This document shows, piece by piece, positions 34,517 through 44,896 of a stretch of 64,000 bases of DNA (positions are counted from its first letter, which is position 1; every line of letters begins with the position of its first letter). The DNA is taken from IMG/VR virus record IMGVR_UViG_3300032287_003622, positions 32,001 through 96,000 of that record. One strand, given 5' to 3'. The stretch comes from a virus. The position numbers and the translations under genes are program-made. Under the pieces are notes generated by a model that was not told the origin of the DNA, searched no databases, and saw nothing but the letters and a program-made list of their open reading frames with translations.

Positions 34517-35493
34517 ATATATTGATAACAGGCGGTTTAGGATTTATTGGTCATAATGTGGTAGCACAATTAGAAGCACAAGGACATCATTGCATTGTAA
34601 CAGACACTAAAACTACCTATGGCATCGTGCCGCAGGCGGAATTAGACTGGTTGATTGCCGAGCGCAAGAAAAAAATCAAAACAGACAGGATCTACACCAT
34701 TGACATTGCCGATCTTGAAGGTATTGCATGGTTGATACAACGGCATCAACCTGACACGATTATACACTTGGCTAGTTTTCCCAGACAAAAAGTTGTCAAT
34801 GCCCATCCGCAATGGGGAAGCCGTAGCATGAGTGAAGGCCTATTGAATCTACTGGAAGCCAGTAGTAAAAATTCAGTATGCAAATTTGTATACGTCAGCT
34901 CAAGCATGGTTTACGGCGACTTCAATGATAACACCGGTGCCGGTGTCACTGAAAGCCATGCTACCAACCCTATTGGACAATATGGTATCATGAAGTTGGC
35001 CGGCGAATGGCTCACCCGAGATTATACACGTAGTACCGGGATGGCACATGTCATTATCCGACCTAGTGCAGTGTATGGACCACTGGATGTAGAGGATCGG
35101 GTAGTATCAAAGTTCTTGACCATGGCACGCCGGGGAGGCATCATACAGGTCAATGGGGACAACGAAGCCTTGGATTTTACCTATGTAGAAGATGCGGCAA
35201 GGGGTATAGCACAAGCCGCAGTCAGCGACAACACCTGTAACACTACCTACAACATTACTCGTGGACATGCTAGAACTTTAAAGGAAGCTGCACAAATAGC
35301 CATCAATCTTGCCGGACAAGGGCAAATGCAGATCAATGAGGCCGACAATAACTTTCCCAGCCGTGGAGCATTAAATATATCAAGAGCTCAACTGGATTTT
35401 GGCTATGAGCCCACTTTAGACATAGAACAAGGTTTTAGAACATATTATGAATGGCTTGACAATTCCGTTTACTGGTCTCAAAAAACAGTATAA
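34513..35493 (+). CDS. NAD-dependent sugar epimerase/dehydratase
   Basis: Motifs TGGLGFIG, SSSMVYG, YGIMK and DFTYVED. Confidence 0.9.
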   Translation: MNILITGGLGFIGHNVVAQLEAQGHHCIVTDTKTTYGIVPQAELDWLIAERKKKIKTDRIYTIDIADLEGIAWLIQRHQPDTIIHLASFPRQKVVNAHPQWGSRSMSEGLLNLLEASSKNSVCKFVYVSSSMVYGDFNDNTGAGVTESHATNPIGQYGIMKLAGEWLTRDYTRSTGMAHVIIRPSAVYGPLDVEDRVVSKFLTMARRGGIIQVNGDNEALDFTYVEDAARGIAQAAVSDNTCNTTYNITRGHARTLKEAAQIAINLAGQGQMQINEADNNFPSRGALNISRAQLDFGYEPTLDIEQGFRTYYEWLDNSVYWSQKTV

Positions 35494-36526
35494 CAACTTA
35501 CGAACTGAAATCTTAGATGTCACTGATGTGGTCTTAAGATCGGGCCAGGTCATGGACGGCAACTACACCGCCGAGTTTGAAGCCTGGCTGGCCCGGAAGA
35601 ATGGTGTGAAATATGCAGCCACTTGTCACAGTGGTACACATGCTTTAGAAATCATTGCCGAATACTATGCGTCACAGAAGTTCTGGCCTAATCCTCCCCG
35701 AGTGCTGGTTCCGGCCATGACCTATCCGGCCACCATCAATGCTTTCATGCGTGTGGGTTGGGATGTCGTGATCGTTGATACCGACTACCATGGCATTATG
35801 GATCTGCGCAAGATAGATCGCAACATGAGTGTGCAGGCATTGGTGGCTGTGGGCCTGTATGGACATGCACTCAACAAGCATGAGTGGCTCAACAACAATG
35901 GATCCGTAGTCATAGAAGATGCTGCGCAACACTGGTTAGGGTACGGGTGTAGGCGTGTTGCAAATTCAGCGGCCATAAGTTTTGATCCCATGAAGAATCT
36001 CAACAACTACGGCAACGGTGGTGCCATAGTCACAGACGATGTGAACCTGTTGGAGTATGCCCGTAGCACACGCAACAACGGGAAACCCACACACATGGAC
36101 ACTGGATCAAATAGTCGAATGAGTGAAATTGATTGTGCGCAGATGTTGGTCAAAGCCGAACACATAGATACCTGGCAGGCTCGTAGAGCCAAGATCAGTG
36201 CTTACTGGATGCAACGTCTCAAAAGCACAGCGGCAAGAAGCCTCATTGACGAAGGCAATCATCAGCATCATGCCTATCACAAGTTTGTGATCGAAGTCAG
36301 TAATCGTGATATCCTGCAACGTAATTTAGCATTACATGGTATTGAAACACGGATCCATTACAAGGAACCCTTGCATGAACTACCGGCCTATCAGCACTTG
36401 TCTGGACCAGACGTGCTCAGTGCGGCATCGGCCATGGCCCGCAGAGTCTTGACCTTGCCCTTGTATCCTGAACTAACTGATTTAGAAGTTGAATATATCG
36501 TGGATCAGGTGCTGGATAACATCTAA
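35447..36526 (+). CDS. DegT/DnrJ/StrS PLP-dependent sugar aminotransferase
   Basis: Motifs SGTHAL, EDAAQ, SFDPMKNL..YG.GG, NSRMSE and LPLYP. Confidence 0.9.
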   Translation: MNGLTIPFTGLKKQYNNLRTEILDVTDVVLRSGQVMDGNYTAEFEAWLARKNGVKYAATCHSGTHALEIIAEYYASQKFWPNPPRVLVPAMTYPATINAFMRVGWDVVIVDTDYHGIMDLRKIDRNMSVQALVAVGLYGHALNKHEWLNNNGSVVIEDAAQHWLGYGCRRVANSAAISFDPMKNLNNYGNGGAIVTDDVNLLEYARSTRNNGKPTHMDTGSNSRMSEIDCAQMLVKAEHIDTWQARRAKISAYWMQRLKSTAARSLIDEGNHQHHAYHKFVIEVSNRDILQRNLALHGIETRIHYKEPLHELPAYQHLSGPDVLSAASAMARRVLTLPLYPELTDLEVEYIVDQVLDNI

Positions 36527-38319
36527 TCTGCCACGAGATTTCTTTTCAACAAAGCATATGAGGCCAACCAGGCCCAGTCGTAGCTCTTGCGTAGTTGTTC
36601 CATGTCTCCGTTGACTGCATCGTAGTATTCCACAGCATCTTCGGCACCATGGATACTCCACTCACCATGTTCCAATGCGCCGCGGTTCAGCCATTTGTCA
36701 AGTCTGTATTTGCTTTCCACATCAGTTTGGCTACACAATTTCACACACTCGCGGAATGCTGTACGCCAGGCCATCCAAGGTGTGTGAGCGTACTCGGCAG
36801 TGCCAGACAGTATGGGCACCACCTCGTGTGCTGAATCCAAGGTAAAGTCTAAACCCGTTCCTGTGTTGGTCAATACCAACCGCTTGTTGTATGCGATCAT
36901 GGCCTGATGTCCGTACTCCAGACCATTCACAGGATTCCTTGCATGGAAGATATAGTGTTTGGGTTCTTGCATACGATCTGGTTGCCAGGACCAATCAAAC
37001 TCTGGATCGATCTTTAACTTGGCAAAAACAGCAAAGAACCATGGTGTGGTGCTCATTTCAGCTGCGGCATGATATGCAACCACGCGACCCGTTACTCCTG
37101 AACTTCGCACTACTCGATTGTCCAGACTGGCCGTGGCCGCAGACAATGCCCGCAAGTTATCTAGCGCATTTGGCTCACCATTTTCTATAAACACTATGTC
37201 AAGTGGTTGCTCATCGTGTAGATGTTTTTGAGTTTTATCTATATAGGAATAATCATAGAGTTGTGTTTTGATATAAGGCACGGCTGATTTTGGCACAATG
37301 ACCTGGCTGGCTCCGGCACTAAGTGGCACTACAGTCTTGACTTTTTCTCTCCACAAGGACACCGGTGGAGTCTGTGTGACTGGTTCCTTGGCAAACACTG
37401 CCAGAGGTCCTGCCCACGAAATTGTTTTCACCGCTTCAACATGTGTATCAAAATCATGTTCAATCACTGGCAAAGGTCTGCGCGGCACCGAAACACCAAC
37501 AAAGTTCAAGTCATACCAATCTAACAGTTCAAACTGACCTATGCGTTGTCTAAAGCTGGGCACATGCATGTAAAATGTGTCACCAAACTTTTCGCCGTCA
37601 CTGGCAAAAACGTGTAACATGGTGCTCTGCCAAAATTCTGGATGCCACGAAAAATCAAATCCAGTGTAATCACACACACTGCTCACAATCCACACATATT
37701 CATGTTCAACTGTGTTGGCTATGCGTGTGAGAACATCTTTGTAGTTGTCAAAATAACGCACAGTTTTGATCGTTCCGGGTACTTGGCCAGCGTTACTGTC
37801 CAGGTGATCAATCTCAATGACAGGTGTGACTCCGGTTTTGGTATTGCCACGTATTTGATCTACAAATTTCAAATCAGTGGCACCTGGCACCGGATATTGT
37901 GGACCGCCAGTACGTTGATGTTGCGTGCCAAATTGATAAATGTAGGGTGGGTCAGTTGGGTCCGGGTGCCATGACCAGTCAAAACTAGTCACATCAAATC
38001 CTTGAGGTATGGTCCAACTTGGCAAATCATAAAATCTGCGCAACACTGTTTCATTACGATAATTGGTGTCGGTGTAACCAGCGCAAGGCACTAGATATGT
38101 TCCTGCATCTTTTTGCCATTGGCTGGGCCATGCATGGCGTTGATGTGCTTGCCAAGGCACTGGTTCCCATAAAAAATCAAACCCAGTGTAATCAGTTAAA
38201 TAGTTTACCCACCAAAAATATCTTGTCCGTGAAAGTTTCCTTGCATGCTCCAAAGAATCTGCTGCTTGCTCGTGTGCAAACAGATTAGGCCGGATTCCAG
38301 AATAAAATACGTCAAACAT
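36523..38319 (-). CDS. repeat-containing glycosyltransferase-like protein
   Basis: Four FD(W/F).W.P repeats; C-terminal NPVNGLEYG...WRTAFRECVK domain similar to 59791-60720. Confidence 0.6.
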   Translation of the reverse strand: MFDVFYSGIRPNLFAHEQAADSLEHARKLSRTRYFWWVNYLTDYTGFDFLWEPVPWQAHQRHAWPSQWQKDAGTYLVPCAGYTDTNYRNETVLRRFYDLPSWTIPQGFDVTSFDWSWHPDPTDPPYIYQFGTQHQRTGGPQYPVPGATDLKFVDQIRGNTKTGVTPVIEIDHLDSNAGQVPGTIKTVRYFDNYKDVLTRIANTVEHEYVWIVSSVCDYTGFDFSWHPEFWQSTMLHVFASDGEKFGDTFYMHVPSFRQRIGQFELLDWYDLNFVGVSVPRRPLPVIEHDFDTHVEAVKTISWAGPLAVFAKEPVTQTPPVSLWREKVKTVVPLSAGASQVIVPKSAVPYIKTQLYDYSYIDKTQKHLHDEQPLDIVFIENGEPNALDNLRALSAATASLDNRVVRSSGVTGRVVAYHAAAEMSTTPWFFAVFAKLKIDPEFDWSWQPDRMQEPKHYIFHARNPVNGLEYGHQAMIAYNKRLVLTNTGTGLDFTLDSAHEVVPILSGTAEYAHTPWMAWRTAFRECVKLCSQTDVESKYRLDKWLNRGALEHGEWSIHGAEDAVEYYDAVNGDMEQLRKSYDWAWLASYALLKRNLVAD

Positions 38320-39409
38320 GATTAGAATAGATGAAATTTACAACCATACGTTTTGGCCTTGGCTGGACAAACATTGCCCAGGAACTAGAATGTTTTTTTG
38401 TGATCCTCCAGGCCACACTGGTCCAGAGCATTTATTTAATCTAGGGCAAGATAATGTCATAGAAACTGACTATGTGTTTTTTCACGATCAAGAACCAGTG
38501 GATGCCGACTTGTACGACCCTTTGTTCCGTGATGTGATAAGACGGAATCTTGATATTCCAGACAATCCTCCAGGACACGTTGTAGTAAGTGAACGTGGAG
38601 AAATGGTTCAACAATTATGCGATCGCTACAACTGGACCAGTCATTATTATTTTTATCATGGCTGGGCCTGTTTGGATTGGTTCCGTGGCTATGATCGAAC
38701 ATTTTTAATTCCTCGTGCTCAAGACAGAAAGCCCACTCAAACGTTTATGAGTCCGAATCGCATTGTGGCTGGCAAGCGTGATCATCGTGTGTTGTTTCTT
38801 TATAATATATTCCGACATGGCTTGCAAAATAACCACATATCGGCACCCAGAACATGTCCAGTTGAAAACATAGATATTACTAGTATAGCACAAAAATATA
38901 CCGATGTATACCAGGACATCATCCAGGTGTTTGAACAGGCCCAATTGCCCAGACTGTTTGCTGGCGAGGACACCCAGAACATGACTTCGTGTTGGTTGAC
39001 CAATTTTGCCGAAGCTCGAGACAGTTTGATTTATGTGCCCACAGAAACTGTGTATTTTGGTCGCAGAACACACATAACCGAAAAAACATTCAAGGCCATT
39101 GCTTTGGAAATGCCATTTGTGCTGGTTGCACCAGCAGGCAGCCTTGAATACATGCGGAGTTACGGATTCCAAACCTTTGCTTCAGTGTTTGATGAAAGCT
39201 ATGATTGTGAAACCGACGACCATGTCAGACTAGCACGTGTGACGGCCTTGTTAAAAGACCTTGATTCGCTGTCTATCAAAGAAAAAAAACAAATACACAA
39301 TGCCTGCCTGCCCATGGTTGAGCACAACTACAATCATTTTTATCGAGGTGGGTTGACTGAAATACTGTGGTTGGAATTACAGAGAATGTTAGATGCCTTT
39401 AGAATTTAA
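38318..39409 (+). CDS. TEK-family protein
   Basis: TETVY...TEKTFKAI...PF...GFQTF...DESYD. Confidence 0.65.
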   Translation: MIRIDEIYNHTFWPWLDKHCPGTRMFFCDPPGHTGPEHLFNLGQDNVIETDYVFFHDQEPVDADLYDPLFRDVIRRNLDIPDNPPGHVVVSERGEMVQQLCDRYNWTSHYYFYHGWACLDWFRGYDRTFLIPRAQDRKPTQTFMSPNRIVAGKRDHRVLFLYNIFRHGLQNNHISAPRTCPVENIDITSIAQKYTDVYQDIIQVFEQAQLPRLFAGEDTQNMTSCWLTNFAEARDSLIYVPTETVYFGRRTHITEKTFKAIALEMPFVLVAPAGSLEYMRSYGFQTFASVFDESYDCETDDHVRLARVTALLKDLDSLSIKEKKQIHNACLPMVEHNYNHFYRGGLTEILWLELQRMLDAFRI

Positions 39410-40598
39410 TTTTTCAGCTGAAAAAATCTTAGGCGATAAAGCCTACCCGTCGTTGGCACAATGGACTGCACAACCTTATACTGATGATTGGCACGAATTC
39501 GGAGAACATTGGCCATACACAGTTCCAGTTGCACTCTATGACTACTGCCAACAACACGATTTTCCAATCAAAGTTCATGATATCAGATCAGCCCCTAAAC
39601 ATTCTTTTTATACTATAGCACCTCAAACATTCAATTTTGATATTGACTACATAGGTCTGTTGCCCAATCTAGTTATGAGCAATTGCAGGTCTCATAATAA
39701 CCATACACGGTTGTTGTTTTATTACAATGAAGGAGACGATCCTAACCCCATCAAAACACGCATAGAACAACTTTTGCGAGATTACAGCTTGCCACTAGAA
39801 TGTTATCGTTTTATCAGTGCCAACACAGCAGCTCGAGATTTGGAAAGATTTGAATATTTTGCAGCACATGAACTTTTGTTTTGGCAAGCCAACCAATCAC
39901 AGTCGCCGTTGCAAATACATGATAGACCTAGATCTAAATTATTTACTGTGTTGAATCGCACACACAAATGGTGGAGAGCCACAGCAATGACAGATTTGTT
40001 GCATCGTGGGCTATTAGACAATTGCTACTGGAGCTATAATACACAAATCGATATATCAGAAAACAAAAATTCTAATTCCATCATGACCGGCGACATTTTT
40101 GATCAGTATGTTGATGATTTTTTATCTCATGGACCTTATACCTGCGATTCATTATCACAATCTGAGCACAACAATCATGCCGCCGTGGTAACCGAGCATT
40201 TCCAAGATTCTTATTGTAGTATAGTTTTTGAAACGTTCTTTGATTTGGGTTACTCTAATGGCACATTTTTAACTGAAAAAGTATTCAAGTGTCTCAAACA
40301 CGGGCACCCATTTGTGGTGGTAGGTTGCCCAGGAGCCTTGGCCGAATTGAGAGCCATGGGATATCGCACATTTGATCATGCCATAGACAACAGTTATGAT
40401 CACGTGCAAGACAACACGCAACGTTGGTTAAGCATAGTAAAAACCATAGAAAAAATTCGTAGACAAGACATGCATGTATGGTTTGCGTCTTGTAGATCAG
40501 ACATAGAACACAATCAACGTTTATTTTGTCAGTCCAAATACGACCGATTAAATAGTTTGTTCACACGCATACTCAACAATGATCAATTCTTATACTAG
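39393..40598 (+). CDS. TEK-family protein
   Basis: FETF...TEKVFKCL...PF...GYRTF...DNSYD. Confidence 0.65.
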   Translation: MPLEFNFSAEKILGDKAYPSLAQWTAQPYTDDWHEFGEHWPYTVPVALYDYCQQHDFPIKVHDIRSAPKHSFYTIAPQTFNFDIDYIGLLPNLVMSNCRSHNNHTRLLFYYNEGDDPNPIKTRIEQLLRDYSLPLECYRFISANTAARDLERFEYFAAHELLFWQANQSQSPLQIHDRPRSKLFTVLNRTHKWWRATAMTDLLHRGLLDNCYWSYNTQIDISENKNSNSIMTGDIFDQYVDDFLSHGPYTCDSLSQSEHNNHAAVVTEHFQDSYCSIVFETFFDLGYSNGTFLTEKVFKCLKHGHPFVVVGCPGALAELRAMGYRTFDHAIDNSYDHVQDNTQRWLSIVKTIEKIRRQDMHVWFASCRSDIEHNQRLFCQSKYDRLNSLFTRILNNDQFLY

Positions 40599-41598
40599 CT
40601 GGCAACCCTTGGAAGAAGTCATCGTAGGTCGAGCCTACACTCCAGACTACTTTGATTTCATTGACAATGCCCAGGTTAGGAATCAATTGCAACAGATATT
40701 GGTTGAAACACAAGAAGATCTCGACAATTTGCAACGCACCATAGAACAATATGGAGCGCGAGTGCGGCGGCCAAATCTTCCCGACAAACACTGGTTTCAC
40801 GAACAACAGATTTCGGGGCAAGGAGTTCCGTTGCCGCCTTTGACTCCCCGAGACTGGCAAATAAGCCTGGGTCAAAAACTCCTGCGTGTGTTGCCCATCA
40901 CCGAACTAGATGAAATCTGCGACAATTACAAAGATCAAATTGTAAACCCCCATGGCATTGAATGGAATCCTGATTGCATATTGAATGGTGCGTCGGCAAG
41001 CTGTATCGTTCGTGTAGGTCGTGACGTGTTTTTTGACAATAGCGATTTTTTACGACCAGAACAGACCGCCTGGATCGTGGAAAACTGTCTGGGGCCAGAA
41101 TATAGAATACACGAAGCAGTCACTGACGGGCACGGCGATGCGGTTTTCGCTATTTTGAAACCCGGTGTCATACTTTCCAGCAAACATGACATGCATCTAC
41201 ATCTGGCACAAGACTTTCCTGGTTGGGAAGTGCTAAAGATCTGGGATAGTTCAATCTGGGCAGCCATGGAAGTGGGTAAATTCAAATATGAGGAAAGTCC
41301 CGGAGCTTGGTATGTGCAAGGACAGACTCCTACACCTGAATTCACAAACTTTGTAAACACCTATCTAAACAAGTGGACTGGTTTTGTGGCCGAAACAGTG
41401 TTTGATGTCAACTGCTTGGTGCTGGATGAATCTAATGTGATCTTCAGTGCCTACAACAAAGATGTTTTTGATTTTTGTTATCGGCATCGAATCAATCCCA
41501 TAATCTCAGAATTGCGTCATAGTTATTTCTGGGATGGTGGTATAAGTTGTTGCACGCAGGACCTTCGTCGTCGTGGTGGTCTCGAGACTTATCTTTAA
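40579..41598 (+). CDS. amidinotransferase (glycine/inosamine-phosphate amidinotransferase-like)
   Basis: Motifs W.PLEEVIVG, PRD, H.D, DVN.L and GG..CCT.DLRR with C-terminal catalytic Cys. Confidence 0.8.
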   Translation: MINSYTSWQPLEEVIVGRAYTPDYFDFIDNAQVRNQLQQILVETQEDLDNLQRTIEQYGARVRRPNLPDKHWFHEQQISGQGVPLPPLTPRDWQISLGQKLLRVLPITELDEICDNYKDQIVNPHGIEWNPDCILNGASASCIVRVGRDVFFDNSDFLRPEQTAWIVENCLGPEYRIHEAVTDGHGDAVFAILKPGVILSSKHDMHLHLAQDFPGWEVLKIWDSSIWAAMEVGKFKYEESPGAWYVQGQTPTPEFTNFVNTYLNKWTGFVAETVFDVNCLVLDESNVIFSAYNKDVFDFCYRHRINPIISELRHSYFWDGGISCCTQDLRRRGGLETYL

Positions 41599-43061
41599 CT
41601 GAACACGGGTATATTATAGGCGGTTTGAAATCTATCAGCGTCAGCACGATCATTGACCATGGGTTCACCACGGATGTTGAGACTAGTATTAAGCAGTAAA
41701 GGACATCCAGTGCGCTCATACCAGGCCTCTAATAATTTTCTAATGCCAGAGCCATCAGCTGACACAGTCTGTACTCGACTAGTGCCGTCCACATGACACA
41801 CAGCAGGGTATAGCTCAGGACGGAGACAAGTTCCGACTGACTGCATATAAGGGCTGCTACGCCAACCCCGGGGCATATGAAAAAATTCATCCACATGCTC
41901 TGCCAGGATAACCGGTGCAAACGGTCTAAACTTTTGCCTACGTTTGATCTCATTGACTTGATCCTTTATATCAGATCCTCGGGGGTCTGCGAGAAGACTT
42001 CGATTTCCAAGGGCTCGGGGTCCAAACTCGGCTCGACCACTAGCGACACCGACGATTCTATCACTGAGTAAATGATCAACGAGGGCGCAAACAGGATATT
42101 CTCCTGGGATTTCATGGCCAAGGTACGCATCTGTCCAGCGTAGACGTCTTCCATGGGCCAGTGCGGCAGCACCAAGGCTGTTACCAGCATCGCCAGGACA
42201 AGGCATGATCCAAATGTTTTCAAAATATTCACCGAGTTTTCTATTAGCAAGACAGTTCAAAGCCACGCCGCCCTGATAGACCAGATTAGAGCTCCAGTTG
42301 AACTCTTGGGCACGGCGCATAACACTATATATCAATTCTTCTGTTAAAACTTGTGCAGATGCCGCAATATCTTCATTGGCGGCCAGCCACAACCACGCAG
42401 GATCTATGCCTATGTGTAGATTGTCTTCCAGCAAGGCGCGGCATTCTTCCACATATCGTGGTTGGCCATATGCGGCCATGCCCATGGTGATGTATTCCTC
42501 GTCTAGCGGGTGTAGGCCAATGCGCTGAGTAATTGCACTATAAAACAGCCCAATCGATCTGGGATAACTTTGGCTCCAAAGTTTCTTATACTGCGCTTTA
42601 TCCGTTGTATCATATTCTGCTCCCCATATACTTATGGTATCAAATTCTCCAATGGCATCTATGACCACACAGGTGGCACGGTCATATGGGCTGGTTTGGA
42701 AACCAGCAGCCGCATGGCACAGGTGATGACTGTAAGTTTTTACTTGTCTAGGTAGACATTGCAACCATGATCCTAGTTGATTCCGCAATACTTGTTGAAT
42801 GGTCACATTAGACCAATCTATGCCTTGCCCTGATACAAGATTACGTGCTTGTTTAAGCCAGGGTCGCTCATAGTAGGTAATGGTGTCTATGGGATATTCA
42901 CAAAATTCTTCCAGCAGACTTGTACATATATCTGCATCATTTTTCTTTTTTGAATAGCGTTCGCTGTGTCCAGCGAACATTATCTCACCGTCGCCGCGGA
43001 TCAATGTGGCGGCTGCATCGTGAAATCCGGCACTTAATCCAAGAATATACTGTTGTTTCAT
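41595..43061 (-). CDS. carbamoyltransferase (NodU/CmcH family)
   Basis: Motifs FHDAAA, HH..HA, DAIGE, GGVALNC, EFGPRALGNRS, RPFAP and LNTSLN.RGEP. Confidence 0.93.
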   Translation of the reverse strand: MKQQYILGLSAGFHDAAATLIRGDGEIMFAGHSERYSKKKNDADICTSLLEEFCEYPIDTITYYERPWLKQARNLVSGQGIDWSNVTIQQVLRNQLGSWLQCLPRQVKTYSHHLCHAAAGFQTSPYDRATCVVIDAIGEFDTISIWGAEYDTTDKAQYKKLWSQSYPRSIGLFYSAITQRIGLHPLDEEYITMGMAAYGQPRYVEECRALLEDNLHIGIDPAWLWLAANEDIAASAQVLTEELIYSVMRRAQEFNWSSNLVYQGGVALNCLANRKLGEYFENIWIMPCPGDAGNSLGAAALAHGRRLRWTDAYLGHEIPGEYPVCALVDHLLSDRIVGVASGRAEFGPRALGNRSLLADPRGSDIKDQVNEIKRRQKFRPFAPVILAEHVDEFFHMPRGWRSSPYMQSVGTCLRPELYPAVCHVDGTSRVQTVSADGSGIRKLLEAWYERTGCPLLLNTSLNIRGEPMVNDRADADRFQTAYNIPVFS

Positions 43062-43159
43062 TTGTAGATAAAAGGATCTCTCTTGCGTAGTTCTTTGAGT
43101 TTTTTCCGATAGCGGATTTCCAATTTTATTCTATCTATTAGATTACGAATCCATTTCAT
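43058..43159 (-). CDS. 33-aa basic peptide MKWIRNLIDRIKLEIRYRKKLKELRKRDPFIYK
   Basis: Not in the ORF track; ATGA-coupled to the carbamoyltransferase; AAGGA SD. Confidence 0.6.
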   Translation of the reverse strand: MKWIRNLIDRIKLEIRYRKKLKELRKRDPFIYK

Positions 43160-43844
43160 TTGTTTTTTCCTTTAGTAAGGGGTCATACAGTGGTACAGCG
43201 CAAAATGTTACTTTTTCTTTATTAATCACTGTGGCTCGTTTGAGGGCGATTACAGTTTCTAAATTGTAATAATTGTAATTAGTGTCGATTCGTTGATGCC
43301 ATTTCATTGCTGTTCCTATGCTGGTTCCGTCACAGATATTGTAATTGGGGTCTACCATGCCCGCGAATTCATTCCAATCGTCTGACCAATCTAACAAATA
43401 CGGTAAAATTACAAGTCTCCACCCGGACTTCATTTTGGCACGCCATGGCCAATGCAACAATCTCACTGAGTATTCATACAAGCTGTTATCTTCTTGTGTC
43501 CAAGGTTTTCGACCTTTGTTGGCCCATTTTGTGCCATACAACATTTCGGGATGTAATCTTCCACGATTAAAGTAGGTGTCGTGACATGTCAATTTTTCCG
43601 GCAAAGGTATAGTGTAACCCAAATTGCATATTCCTCGAAAACCCAAACAATTTCGTATAGTTTGCCGATCCGCAACTGCATCACCGTGATGAGTTTGAAT
43701 CTCCTGTTTGAGGGCTTTTTGATTTTTGAACCAGTTGGGAATAAAACGATTCATTGGTTCCGGTGGAGGACATTGCAAATACTGTATCTCAGGATCTGAG
43801 CAATATTCCCAGGTCAAATAGTCGTTAACTGATATATCGTTCAT
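43143..43844 (-). CDS. hypothetical protein
   Basis: AT-rich coupled ORF; P.W.K...TIRNC.G motif. Confidence 0.65.
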   Translation of the reverse strand: MNDISVNDYLTWEYCSDPEIQYLQCPPPEPMNRFIPNWFKNQKALKQEIQTHHGDAVADRQTIRNCLGFRGICNLGYTIPLPEKLTCHDTYFNRGRLHPEMLYGTKWANKGRKPWTQEDNSLYEYSVRLLHWPWRAKMKSGWRLVILPYLLDWSDDWNEFAGMVDPNYNICDGTSIGTAMKWHQRIDTNYNYYNLETVIALKRATVINKEKVTFCAVPLYDPLLKEKTNEMDS

Positions 43845-44896
43845 TTTAATGCTTTTATCTGCCTTGTTATAAAGTCCGAATCCGACCAGCAATAGTCATA
43901 GAAAGCATGGGCTTCACTGGTGCCTACGGAATAAACGTTTAAATGAGTTTTTAACTGCGCCCAAATATCACGATAGTCTTCAGTGCCAAAACTGCGTAAT
44001 AGATCTACTTGACCTACCTGTGGATGTCCAATAGTTAATGTTTTGTCCTCGGGATCAAAGCCGTTGGCCACTAGCCAATCACGGAACTCTGCCAACTGCT
44101 GGATCTGCCAAGGAAACGTTCCAGGATTGTTGGCCCACTCTATGTCAAAGTCGCCGGCGGCTTCGGTCTGTGCTTTCAAGCTAGTGGTTGTGAGTTCGCC
44201 TATGCGACTGTCTTGTCCTTCGTCCTGGAAAACTTCCCAATGATGCTTGCCCACTGCTTTGTTGACACCCACATAAACTCCACCTAGGCTACGATTGATA
44301 GTTTCAATACCAAACAATTCGTAGTCTTCTGGTTCCAATATAAATCTTGGAGCCGATAACCAACACATAAGTTGGCTGGGTCTTTGCCATTCTGGTGCGG
44401 TGTGTTTTTTGCGCCAGCTCAATTGCCAGCTTTCAAACTCGTGACACAACAAATTTAACTGGCGAATGTGCCAGCGTGTTGCATTATCAGCTTGCCAGTA
44501 GTAGTCGCTGATGTGCCCACTGCCTCCTTGTAAGTCCTCAAAGTATCTGTGCAATTGATTGAAGTGATTGTGGTTGACTCCGCCCTTTTCATCCACACTG
44601 TTGCTTATGTCAAAATAGTCATCAATGTAATAATTAAGTCCACTGGCATTTATGGCCGCGATACTGCGATTTATTTGATCCAGGATATATGACCCATTTC
44701 TGGGGCCATCTGCAAATCCAAAAAAGCAGTAATTTTTTTCCAGGTGATAATCATTGACCAACAAGTCGTTCAAGGCAATCAGCCATTTGCGACTGAGACT
44801 GTTGTCATAGACGTCGACATACACCCGCAATAAATCTTTGGGGGTGCCTAGATCTATTTCTACTACATCAAGTAGCAATCGCTTGGTACCAGTCAT
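43841..44896 (-). CDS. hypothetical phage protein
   Basis: AGGAG SD before the ATG at 44896; N.LH.YFE..., LN..CHE.E, VGK. Confidence 0.7.
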   Translation of the reverse strand: MTGTKRLLLDVVEIDLGTPKDLLRVYVDVYDNSLSRKWLIALNDLLVNDYHLEKNYCFFGFADGPRNGSYILDQINRSIAAINASGLNYYIDDYFDISNSVDEKGGVNHNHFNQLHRYFEDLQGGSGHISDYYWQADNATRWHIRQLNLLCHEFESWQLSWRKKHTAPEWQRPSQLMCWLSAPRFILEPEDYELFGIETINRSLGGVYVGVNKAVGKHHWEVFQDEGQDSRIGELTTTSLKAQTEAAGDFDIEWANNPGTFPWQIQQLAEFRDWLVANGFDPEDKTLTIGHPQVGQVDLLRSFGTEDYRDIWAQLKTHLNVYSVGTSEAHAFYDYCWSDSDFITRQIKALK

